Part shown: piece by piece, positions 16,781-24,154 of the stretch
How positions within the stretch are numbered: the stretch's first letter is position 1
How the letters are laid out: the number at the start of each line of letters is the position of its first letter
Source: Candidatus Nanoarchaeia archaeon
GTDB taxonomy: Archaea; Nanobdellota; Nanobdellia; Pacearchaeales; GW2011-AR1
Reading direction: 5' to 3'
Length of the DNA stretch: 64,000 nt
NCBI GenBank assembly: GCA_028718805.1
Contig: JAQUKY010000002.1
Span: 1,424-65,423 of the forward strand
Program-made: the position numbers and the translations under genes
Notes under the pieces: generated by a model
What the model was told of the DNA's origin: nothing
Database searches by the model: none
The model's input: only the letters and a program-made list of their open reading frames with translations

Positions 16781-17563
16781 ATGATACAGGAAGAGAAAAT
16801 ATTGAGGAGAGTGACTGAAATAGGAAATGGGGCGCACATCTTTGCCCCGAAAGAATGGCTTCATGAAGAAGTTATAATAATCAGGGTTCCAAGAAAAAAT
16901 CCGAAGGAAGAAATACTTAAATTAATTTACCCCCATCTTGACAAAATAATCGCTGTTTTCCTTTTTGGGAGCTATGCAAGAAACGAGCAGGAAATGGACT
17001 CAGATATGGATGTTTTTGTAGTCTCCAGCGAGAAATTTAAAATCAGGGCAAAAGACATAGAGGTTATTGTTATCCCTGAAGACAAGCTGGAAACAGCAAA
17101 GAGGCTCAACCCGGTTTTATTTTATTCAATGCTGCAGGAAGCAAGGCCGATAATAAACCCCTCTTACTTGGAGAAGTTAAAACAAGAAAAAGTTAGGTTT
17201 GATTATTTTAAGGATTTTTTAAAGGGAACTGAAAGTTCAATAAAATCAATCCAGGAGATAATGGAAATGGACAGGAAGCTTAAAAATAAAGAGGCTCCAG
17301 GGAGTGTAATTTACTCCCTAATCCTAAGGCTCAGGGGGATATTTATCATCAACTTTCTTTTAAATAAGAAAAAATACTCAAAAAAAGCATTCCTAGCCTG
17401 GCTTATTAAAAATTTAGAAGTAGATTTTGATAATATTCATAAGGTTTATAGGGCTTTTAGGGATAATAAGAAAATAAGTGGAAAAGTTTCAGTGAAAGAT
17501 GCAGAATCGTTGCTTTCATTTATTATAAAAGAAATAGAAAAACTGTCTAAAAAGATAAAATGA
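16781..17563 (+). CDS. AbrB-like domain fused to minimal nucleotidyltransferase plus helical C-terminal domain
   Basis: The N-terminus ILRRVTEIGNGAHIFAPKEWLHEEVIIIRV is AbrB/SpoVT-like. IIAVFLFGSYARNEQEMDSDMDVFVV is the GS ... DxD Pol-beta NTase motif. The C-terminal ~130 aa are helical with YSLILRLRG. Confidence 0.6.
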   Translation: MIQEEKILRRVTEIGNGAHIFAPKEWLHEEVIIIRVPRKNPKEEILKLIYPHLDKIIAVFLFGSYARNEQEMDSDMDVFVVSSEKFKIRAKDIEVIVIPEDKLETAKRLNPVLFYSMLQEARPIINPSYLEKLKQEKVRFDYFKDFLKGTESSIKSIQEIMEMDRKLKNKEAPGSVIYSLILRLRGIFIINFLLNKKKYSKKAFLAWLIKNLEVDFDNIHKVYRAFRDNKKISGKVSVKDAESLLSFIIKEIEKLSKKIK

Positions 17564-17745
17564 AGAGGAAAAAGAGGATTGAGAAAGGAGTGAAATCTTT
17601 AAAAGAGCAGATAGCAATCCATGAAGAAAAGAAAAAACAGGCAGAAGAAGCAAATCTGCCAGAGCTAGTTAAATACTATGAGAAAGAAATCAGTGGCTTA
17701 GAAAAAACAAAAGACAGAAAAGAAGATCAATTAGAAAAAAACTGA
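17560..17745 (+). CDS. small highly charged helical protein, partner of the AbrB-NTase gene
   Basis: 61 aa with an ATGA overlap to 16781..17563. KRIEKGVKSLKEQIAIHEEK resembles KRIKSTQKQIDKHEGMIENEK in 19249..19449. Confidence 0.45.
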   Translation: MKRKKRIEKGVKSLKEQIAIHEEKKKQAEEANLPELVKYYEKEISGLEKTKDRKEDQLEKN

Positions 17746-17771
17746 ATCTTATAGGTTTTAAAGCTGTTTAA

Positions 17772-18308
17772 TTATCTAGTACTCTGATAGGACAGAATTC
17801 TCCTTAACTCTTCATCAATTTCCTTAAATCCTTTATTAAAAGCAGCTAAGTCCTGGTGGTATCTTTCAGCCCAATTATGAGATTCATAAAATAATCTATT
17901 CAACCCCAGATTAAACACAATAAAATAAACTCCTTTATTGCTTTTTTCCAGGTGAAAGTATAAAGGTATATTATTTGGGTCTTCATTTTCAGGGTTCTCT
18001 GTCAAACCTATTCGTTTATTCATTGCTTCAGAAGATCTTAAATCCAGATGAGCCCTGATTGGATCATCATCTGGTTGCATTTTTATCTGTCTGATAAATG
18101 TGGATAAAGTTCTGGCTAACCCTCCGAGTTTTCTTGATTTTCCGCGGCCGTCATAACCGCCAAACTCAAGTCTTAAGCAAGGTATTTCAATCCCGCTTTG
18201 CGACAAGTCATAATCAGAGAAATAATCAGATTCTACTACTTCTTGTAAATTAGCTAAAGCTTCTTCTGTATGCAAATTTCCAACTTCAAACCTGTAGTAA
18301 TCTCCCAT
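17772..18308 (-). CDS. hypothetical protein between the two AbrB-NTase modules
   Basis: 178-aa ORF with no recognised motif. Confidence 0.45.
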   Translation of the reverse strand: MGDYYRFEVGNLHTEEALANLQEVVESDYFSDYDLSQSGIEIPCLRLEFGGYDGRGKSRKLGGLARTLSTFIRQIKMQPDDDPIRAHLDLRSSEAMNKRIGLTENPENEDPNNIPLYFHLEKSNKGVYFIVFNLGLNRLFYESHNWAERYHQDLAAFNKGFKEIDEELRRILSYQSTR

Positions 18309-18443
18309 GTTAAATTTATCCTGTCAGTTTTCTCAGAATTTAGTCTGAGGTCTTTTCACCTCAACAATTCAATTATATTCTGGTTTATAAGCTTTTCTTC
18401 ACTTCTTTCAAATTTATTTTTAAGAATTATAGATAATAGGTTT

Positions 18444-19244
18444 TTATGCTGATTGCTTCTTAACCATTGCCCTTACCCTTTCAAGGTCTTTCTCCAGGTA
18501 TTCATACAGTTGTTCAGCTTCCTCAACTTTTAGCCTGTTTTCCTCTTTTAGGTTGTTTTTGGAAGCCAGGTATCTTTCATAAGGGTTGTTTGATCCTGAA
18601 ATCCGGTTTATCAGCCTCATAAAATCTTTTTTTGAATAATCTTTGTTTTGCATCAGTCTCTTGATTATTTCAAGAGTCCTTATCCTTAAGATAAGGGTGT
18701 ATGCAATCTTATCTTTTAGGTATCTTTTATTATTTTTTGATTTTTTGGCACCATCAATGTATTCTTTGATTATTCCTAATTTTTCTTCAGTTGTATCAAG
18801 ATACCATTTTATGTTTTCTTTTGTTACCTTGACTTCTATTGAATTAAGGTAATCCTCATTTATAAGAGGTTTTGCTTCTTTTATCATCTGCCCTACAGGG
18901 AATAAATTTTTGATTAATTTTTGATGAAGCAATTGATAAGAAACTATCAGGATATTATAAATCCCTTCTTCAATCATCTCCTTGTCAATTCCATCTGTTA
19001 TGACCAGTATGTCTATATCACTGTTTTCATCTTCTTCCTCTCTTGCATGGCTCCCCACCAGATAGATTCCAATTATTGACTTTAGAGCAATGTATTTTTT
19101 TAAGATTTCAAGCGTATCACTTAATATCATTTCAGAAGTTTTTTTTACTAATTCAATCCTTACTTCCTTGTTCAGCCATGCCCTTGGAAGTATGACTGCT
19201 GAAGAATTTCCTGCCTTGATTGCTTTTTTTACTTGAATTTCCAT
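18444..19244 (-). CDS. AbrB-like domain fused to minimal nucleotidyltransferase plus helical C-terminal domain (paralog)
   Basis: KAIKAGNSSAVILPRAWLNKEVRIELV, IIGIYLVGSHAREEEDENSDIDILVI and YTLILRIRT give the same architecture as 16781..17563. Confidence 0.6.
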   Translation of the reverse strand: MEIQVKKAIKAGNSSAVILPRAWLNKEVRIELVKKTSEMILSDTLEILKKYIALKSIIGIYLVGSHAREEEDENSDIDILVITDGIDKEMIEEGIYNILIVSYQLLHQKLIKNLFPVGQMIKEAKPLINEDYLNSIEVKVTKENIKWYLDTTEEKLGIIKEYIDGAKKSKNNKRYLKDKIAYTLILRIRTLEIIKRLMQNKDYSKKDFMRLINRISGSNNPYERYLASKNNLKEENRLKVEEAEQLYEYLEKDLERVRAMVKKQSA

Positions 19245-19248
19245 ATTT

Positions 19249-19449
19249 TCAGTTTTCTTCTAAATATTCCTCATCTTCTTCCATCTGCTTTGAAAATTTC
19301 TTCTCAATTTCTTTTTTCCAGTAGTCCTGAGTGGTGTCTTTAATTGGTTTTTCATTCTCAATCATGCCCTCATGCTTATCTATCTGTTTCTGGGTTGATT
19401 TTATTCTTTTCTCTCTTAATTTTCTCATATGTTTTCTGTCTTTTCCCAT
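19249..19449 (-). CDS. small highly charged helical protein, partner of the AbrB-NTase gene (paralog of 17560..17745)
   Basis: 66 aa, ending 4 nt before the start of 18444..19244. Confidence 0.45.
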   Translation of the reverse strand: MGKDRKHMRKLREKRIKSTQKQIDKHEGMIENEKPIKDTTQDYWKKEIEKKFSKQMEEDEEYLEEN

Positions 19450-19471
19450 ATCCCACAGTTTATTCTGGTTT

Positions 19472-19497
19472 TTACATGTACTTACATGTACTTACAT
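19472..19497 (-). promoter_or_regulatory. 2.6 tandem copies of TTACATGTAC (palindromic core ACATGT), operator candidate
   Basis: Read directly. Lies 23-48 nt upstream of ATG 19449 on the minus strand. Confidence 0.45.
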
Positions 19498-19569
19498 ATT
19501 TATAAACTTTGTGGTTATCTTCTCCAGACGACTCAAACAAAAATTGTTGAAGTTAGAAATGCTGACTGC

Positions 19570-19971
19570 TTATATCCAATAATTATGTTCAATGATAAAG
19601 ATATCTATGATAAGATGGACTGCAACGCCTATCACAAAAAGCAGATAAGCCCAGTTTATTTCTTTGACCTGCTCTTTTTTCAGCCTTTTGATATAATACA
19701 GAAAGAAACTTGAGAAGATAACAAACAGGCCTATTATAACCCAGGTATGATAATCAGAGCCAAATGCTTCTAGTTTCCAGAATAGTTTATCTCTCAATAT
19801 CATAACGGGGGAAAATGTCCTTAATTTTATTCCTGTTATCCCGAACTTGATTGCATCAGGAATGATCTGCCCGATAAAAATAGAAATGCCATACAGCCAT
19901 TTCCTTGATACAATCATAACTATAATCATAAGAGCCAATGAAACTCCCAAATGTGTTAGTAATCCTGCCAT
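19570..19971 (-). CDS. integral membrane protein (4 helices)
   Basis: 133 aa. MAGLLTHLGVSLALMIIVMIV... is hydrophobic throughout. Confidence 0.5.
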   Translation of the reverse strand: MAGLLTHLGVSLALMIIVMIVSRKWLYGISIFIGQIIPDAIKFGITGIKLRTFSPVMILRDKLFWKLEAFGSDYHTWVIIGLFVIFSSFFLYYIKRLKKEQVKEINWAYLLFVIGVAVHLIIDIFIIEHNYWI

Positions 19972-20016
19972 AATTATAAGGATATTTCCTGCTTTTTAAA
20001 TTAGATTATCTGTCTA

Positions 20017-20065
20017 GTAATCTATTAAACGATTTAAGCTTTGATTGAGTAGCTTTGCTTGATCC
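20017..20065 (+). repeat. intergenic mosaic repeat, module A copy
   Basis: AGTAATCTATTAAACGATTTAAGCTTTGATTGAGTAGCTTTGCTTGATCCC. Confidence 0.7.
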
Positions 20066-20132
20066 CTTTGCTATTCTAATATATAATCTGTACAATAATA
20101 AGCTTTATTTATGCTAAATTCCTGCAATTAAC

Positions 20133-20381
20133 ATGCCAAATTACAACAGAACAGAAGATTATGAAGAAAGAATGAAGAAGTATCTTGAATATAAGAAGAG
20201 TTTAAGAGAGGAAAAGTCCAAGATTAAAGAAATAGAAAAAGAAATAGGCAGCCAGCCAGTCCAGGGACCGTCCATAATAGAAGAACAGCCAGAAGCAAAG
20301 AAATCAACAAGTTCATGGATAATCGCTGCTGTTATAATCGTTATATTGATGCTTGTTTTGGGCTACTTTTTCTTTTTTTAG
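20133..20381 (+). CDS. tail-anchored small membrane protein
   Basis: 82 aa. A charged helical N-terminus and a C-terminal WIIAAVIIVILMLVLGYFFFF. Confidence 0.45.
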   Translation: MPNYNRTEDYEERMKKYLEYKKSLREEKSKIKEIEKEIGSQPVQGPSIIEEQPEAKKSTSSWIIAAVIIVILMLVLGYFFFF

Positions 20382-20396
20382 TAATAATAATAAACT

Positions 20397-20492
20397 ATTT
20401 TAAGCTGGGGCAATCATAGCTTAATCTCCTCAATCCCACCTTACCTAGTTCTTTTGATATTACTGATTTAGTCTTTAAGAATTACTGATAAG
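20397..20492 (+). repeat. intergenic mosaic repeat (inverted module B + module C, doubled CTGATAAGAAT end)
   Basis: ATTTTAAGCTGGGGCAATCATAGCTTAATC matches the reverse complement of 1340-1375. It is followed by TTCTTTTGATATTACTGATTTAG...GAATTACTGATAAGAAT. Confidence 0.7.
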
Positions 20493-20518
20493 AATCACTA
20501 ATTTATTATTAATGCCGC

Positions 20519-20875
20519 TTATCCATACACCAGCATTTCTTTTCTGGGAGTCTTATGCCCCAAATCTAGGGTTAAAGGAATGGGGATATTAACCTCTTTG
20601 CCATCTTTTTTAAAGACAATAACAAGCAGGACATAAACATGATTAGTTTTATATGTGACAGACATTTTAATGCTTTTAACATTTTTTAGGATTTCTTTAT
20701 CTATTCCTAAATTTTCACTGGCATCCATTATCTCTATGCCGCAGATAAGGTTGTCATGGCTTACATCCAGAATAAAATCCCCAATATCCAAGGAAGCTTT
20801 TACTTTTTCTCCGTTAGATATAAAGAATATATCATTCTCAGGGTCATAATCTATTGTTTTAATTTGTTTTGCCAT
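20519..20875 (-). CDS. DUF2283-like antitoxin candidate (tentative)
   Basis: 118 aa. IDYDPENDIFFISNGEKVKASLDIGDFILDVSHDNLICGIEIMDAS matches my recollection of the YD-x-E-x-D-x-L-Y-I ... G-I-E-I pattern of DUF2283. Confidence 0.45.
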   Translation of the reverse strand: MAKQIKTIDYDPENDIFFISNGEKVKASLDIGDFILDVSHDNLICGIEIMDASENLGIDKEILKNVKSIKMSVTYKTNHVYVLLVIVFKKDGKEVNIPIPLTLDLGHKTPRKEMLVYG

Positions 20876-21158
20876 TTTCTATCACTATTCCATGCGCTTA
20901 TTACTTTTAAATCTTTTGAAAGATTAACTTCAATTATCAAAACTAATGAGTATTTTCTGCTCATTTTAAACCATAACTTAAACCTGTTTTCCTCTTTTCC
21001 TTGCTCAATTTTTTCTAATTTATGAATTTGGGATAAAAAACTTCTAATCATGCTCTCACTTATAGGCCGCTCTCCGATTCTTTATAAAAATGAGGATCAA
21101 ATGTAATATCACCTTGGTTTAATCTCTCAAGCAATGTTTTAACTTCTTTTAGCTCCAT
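20851..21158 (-). pseudogene. DUF4258-like toxin candidate interrupted by a 1-nt frameshift (or shortened to 20851..21051)
   Basis: Hand translation from ATG 21158 gives MELKEVKTLLERLNQGDITFDPHFYK, then ESESGL-stop. The -1 frame reads RIGERPISESMIRSFLSQ..., joining the tracked 66-aa ORF. One extra A in the AAA run (plus-strand TTT 21081-21083) restores a 102-aa ORF. Confidence 0.45.
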
Positions 21159-21187
21159 TACTCTAAAGAGGAAATCTAATTTTTAAG

Positions 21188-21234
21188 TTTTTCTGATATT
21201 ACTGATTTAGTTTTATCTGTTGCTGATAAGAATT
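21188..21234 (+). repeat. intergenic mosaic repeat, module C copy
   Basis: TTTTTCTGATATTACTGATTTAGTTTTATCTGTTGCTGATAAGAATT parallels 20449-20492. Confidence 0.7.
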
Positions 21235-21260
21235 AATAAAAATAGAACCAATAAATAAAT

Positions 21261-21752
21261 TTATCTTCTTCTAACTAAAAAGAAAACACCTACAGCACTT
21301 ACAAGTGTTAAGCTTCCTGCAAATAATCCAAATTCAGGTATTAAGTTCAAAGGAACATTGATAATGCCTACATCTAAACATTTAACCGCGGTATTCTCAA
21401 TTTCTCCTGAATTTTCGCCGCTTAGCTCACCTTTTGTTGCAGTAACAATTGCTTCATCTCCGTCTTCACACTGGCTTTGCGGAAACATAACAAAATAACT
21501 CCCTTTTAACATAATACTATTTGGGCCATCGTTATTCAAACTTTTTACAATCTGTGAGTGGCCATCACAGGTTATATTAACAATTGCATTTCCAACAGGG
21601 GCATTGTTGTTTGTAATGTCATAAATCCTTCCTCTGACAATTGTCCAGCCAAAAGGGCAGTCAGATTGATTGTTATAATCACATGCAGCAACATAGCTTA
21701 TACTTACTAATAGAAATAATGCCAATATTGGTAAAATAAATGATTTTTTCAT
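21261..21752 (-). CDS. secreted CarboxypepD_reg-like domain protein with PEF-CTERM sorting tail
   Basis: Signal peptide MKKSFILPILALFLLVSISYVAA. GRIYDITNNNAPVGNAIVNITCDG is a beta-sandwich motif. The C-terminus is IPEFGLFAGSLTLVSAVGVFFLVRRR. Confidence 0.7.
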   Translation of the reverse strand: MKKSFILPILALFLLVSISYVAACDYNNQSDCPFGWTIVRGRIYDITNNNAPVGNAIVNITCDGHSQIVKSLNNDGPNSIMLKGSYFVMFPQSQCEDGDEAIVTATKGELSGENSGEIENTAVKCLDVGIINVPLNLIPEFGLFAGSLTLVSAVGVFFLVRRR

Positions 21753-21809
21753 GTTGTATAATTGTAATATTATTAAAAATCACTCTCAATTATTGTTTGA
21801 TTAGCTTGA

Positions 21810-22259
21810 TTATTTCCTTCTAATCAAAAAGAACACCCCAACAGCACCCATCAAAGTCAAAGCGCCTACAAAAACCCCGAATTCTGGGATTAAAGCTATG
21901 TTAATAACTCCTAAATATAAATCAAAGTTTTCAGTATAATCTTGTACATCTGCGGTCATAGTATCACTCGTAACATCACCCAATGTAGCATATGCGCTTG
22001 CTTCTATATCATAACAACCTTCTTCTGGAGCATATTCAACAGAATAAGTTCCATCAATTTTGCTTGTTGCAGTTTTTGTTATATTATTACAAGTTACATA
22101 AACAGTTGCATCAGCAACTGGGTTTGCATCTTCAAAATTAGCTGAATCATAAATTTTTCCGGCTATAAGAGTTTTATATTGTGCAACATCAGCACTTACC
22201 ATTGCTATAGAAGCAATTAAGAATAATGTCATGAATGTTAATGCTAGTATCTTTTTCAT
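21810..22259 (-). CDS. secreted CarboxypepD_reg-like domain protein with PEF-CTERM sorting tail (tandem paralog)
   Basis: Signal peptide, AGKIYDSANFEDANPVADATVYVTCNN, and C-terminus IPEFGVFVGALTLMGAVGVFFLIRRK. Confidence 0.7.
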   Translation of the reverse strand: MKKILALTFMTLFLIASIAMVSADVAQYKTLIAGKIYDSANFEDANPVADATVYVTCNNITKTATSKIDGTYSVEYAPEEGCYDIEASAYATLGDVTSDTMTADVQDYTENFDLYLGVINIALIPEFGVFVGALTLMGAVGVFFLIRRK

Positions 22260-22385
22260 GAAAATGGTTAGATGATTTGGTTTATAAACAAATTTATACT
22301 CGTAAATATAAATTTATTTGTTACCGCTAGGTGTCACTTTTATGGGTTTTTGATGATTTTATTTTTTATGATTTTTTATATTCTC

Positions 22386-22691
22386 TTAATAGAAATAACT
22401 GCTATTGCCTCCTTCACCTCCTTCGGTAAGATTAGGAGAAACTGGATCCTCTCTTGCATAATCAGGATGGCCTTCATCAAAGCCATCACTATCTGTATCT
22501 GGGACAGAGCCGCCTGATGGGCCTCTTCCTGATAGACTGCCTCCTGCTGAACTTTTAGCCTTGGCTTCAAGTCTGGAAGGTTTAAATGATACATATTTCC
22601 CAAGTCTTTTATAACAAGCAACACTATATTGAATAAATTTGGAGCCAAAGTAATCTAATCCATGTTTTGTTTTTCCTTTCTTGAATACCAT
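22386..22691 (-). CDS. hypothetical protein with Gly/Ser/Asp-rich acidic tail
   Basis: 101 aa with a basic N-terminus MVFKKGKTKHGLDYFGSKF and a DTDSDG-containing tail. It competes with the overlapping frame 22376..22648. I prefer this one for its natural-looking N-terminus. Confidence 0.35.
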   Translation of the reverse strand: MVFKKGKTKHGLDYFGSKFIQYSVACYKRLGKYVSFKPSRLEAKAKSSAGGSLSGRGPSGGSVPDTDSDGFDEGHPDYAREDPVSPNLTEGGEGGNSSYFY

Positions 22692-22999
22692 GATTAAAAA
22701 GAAGTAACTTATTTATTTAAGTTTTTATGTGATTTTTGATATATTCTTCTGATATTAAACTTCCATTTTATACAGAAAAAATAGAACAAAACATAGAACG
22801 AGTTTATGGATTTATTTTCCATACTTTAGGTTGCAGTTTAGAGGATGCTAAGAAAATATTTGAAGAAGTTTTGAAGAAACATGAAAAAACAATTGTTAAT
22901 TTTATTAAAAATAATTAGTTTCTCTTTCTCCTAATCATGTGTAATTCCAAAAAAGAATAAAAAAGATAATTTTTTATATAGTGCAACACTCATGTTGGC

Positions 23000-23194
23000 A
23001 TGATAGCATTAAATGACTTTGAAAGCTTGTCCCCTATATTATTAACTGTTGTTCTGATAATCTACCTGATAGTCATTGAACTTGGTAATAAGAGAACAAG
23101 AAAAGCCCTTCTTCCGTTTGTCATAATCCTCGCAATAATTTTCTTTACAATAGCAATAAGAAGCATTTATGCAACTTATACAGGACTAAAATGA
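23000..23194 (+). CDS. small two-helix membrane protein
   Basis: 64-aa hydrophobic ORF. Confidence 0.35.
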   Translation: MIALNDFESLSPILLTVVLIIYLIVIELGNKRTRKALLPFVIILAIIFFTIAIRSIYATYTGLK

Positions 23195-23258
23195 AAACTA
23201 AAATAGTAAAAACCAAATCAATAATAACTAGGGACTAGAACGCTATGGGAGAGAAAAG

Positions 23259-23308
23259 CAAGCTTGATGCGCTCATCTGCAAAGCGAATAAGAGTTGAAT
23301 ATTACTGG
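23259..23308 (-). repeat. intergenic mosaic repeat, module D copy (reverse orientation)
   Basis: The reverse complement reads CCAGTAATATTCAACTCTTATTCGCTTTGCAGATGAGCGCATCAAGCTTG. Parallels 30928-30987. Confidence 0.7.
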
Positions 23309-23359
23309 TAGTAAATTAAACAAAAAACTAAAAAAATAAACAAAAATAAAAAATCAAAC

Positions 23360-24055
23360 ATGAAAAAACTCTATTTCATCCTGCTTGTTTTGGCATTTAT
23401 CCTTCCTGAGATAATGCTGAACGTAAACAAATATGCAGGAGTCTTGATTTATGCAGTTATTATTGGATTTATTCTTTTTGATATTGAAGAATATGAATTT
23501 ATGAACAACAGCGAGAAACTGCTTATTTTTCTTATGATAATCCCTCTTGCTAGGATATCTGAATTTTTTATTAATTTCAACTTTTTCTGGAAAACAGCTA
23601 TTTTTTATTTTGTTATATGCTTCTTGGTTATATTATATACAGGGAAATTTAGGATAAATCCCAGATATACAAAAAGCAAATTATGGTTTCTTCCTATATC
23701 TATTATAATTGGTATATGCCTTAGCTATATAGGAAGCCTGTATTTTGACTTTGGAAATCATTTTGAACTTGTATTTCTTATTCCGTTTATAGTTTTTTCA
23801 GAGGAGATTTTGTTCAGAGGAATGATTCAGAATATTGCAAAAAAAGAATATGGCTCAATGGTCTCGGTTATCTGTGTGTCATTATTGTTTGCTATTTTCA
23901 GCTTAAGCTTTGGGTTTAAATTTGCATATTTCATGTTTGCAGCAAATCTGATTATGTGTTTAGTCTATGACAGGACAGAAAACATATGGCTCACAATTCC
24001 TATAAATCTCTGCATAAATCTCTTCTTGTTTGTTATGCATATGCCTTATTTGTAA
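23360..24055 (+). CDS. CPBP (CAAX protease/Abi) family membrane protein, His motifs not evident
   Basis: 231 aa, polytopic. FSEEILFRGMIQN is the EExxxR motif. At the positions where FxxxH and HxxxN are expected I read FAIFS and INLCIN. Confidence 0.6.
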   Translation: MKKLYFILLVLAFILPEIMLNVNKYAGVLIYAVIIGFILFDIEEYEFMNNSEKLLIFLMIIPLARISEFFINFNFFWKTAIFYFVICFLVILYTGKFRINPRYTKSKLWFLPISIIIGICLSYIGSLYFDFGNHFELVFLIPFIVFSEEILFRGMIQNIAKKEYGSMVSVICVSLLFAIFSLSFGFKFAYFMFAANLIMCLVYDRTENIWLTIPINLCINLFLFVMHMPYL

Positions 24056-24125
24056 ATTAATAATAAACAAACCCTTAAAATTTAAAATTTTCACTGCTTA
24101 TATATATGATAAGACCTCATAAAAG

Positions 24126-24135
24126 TTTAAATATA
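24126..24135 (+). promoter_or_regulatory. TATA-like box TTTAAATATA
   Basis: Starts 29 nt before ATG 24155. Same sequence and spacing as at 16751. Confidence 0.45.
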
Positions 24136-24154
24136 ACTTATTCTTGCATGTTTC

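Noticed and set aside
19472-19497. Tandem repeats considered as a CRISPR or minisatellite
   Set aside because: There are only 2.6 copies of a 10-nt unit with no spacers. The position and palindromic core fit an operator instead. No CRISPR-like array exists anywhere in the window.
22376-22648. Alternative 90-aa frame overlapping 22386..22691
   Set aside because: It is on the same strand in a different frame, and only one can be real. The 101-aa frame has the more protein-like N-terminus. I hold this choice with low confidence.
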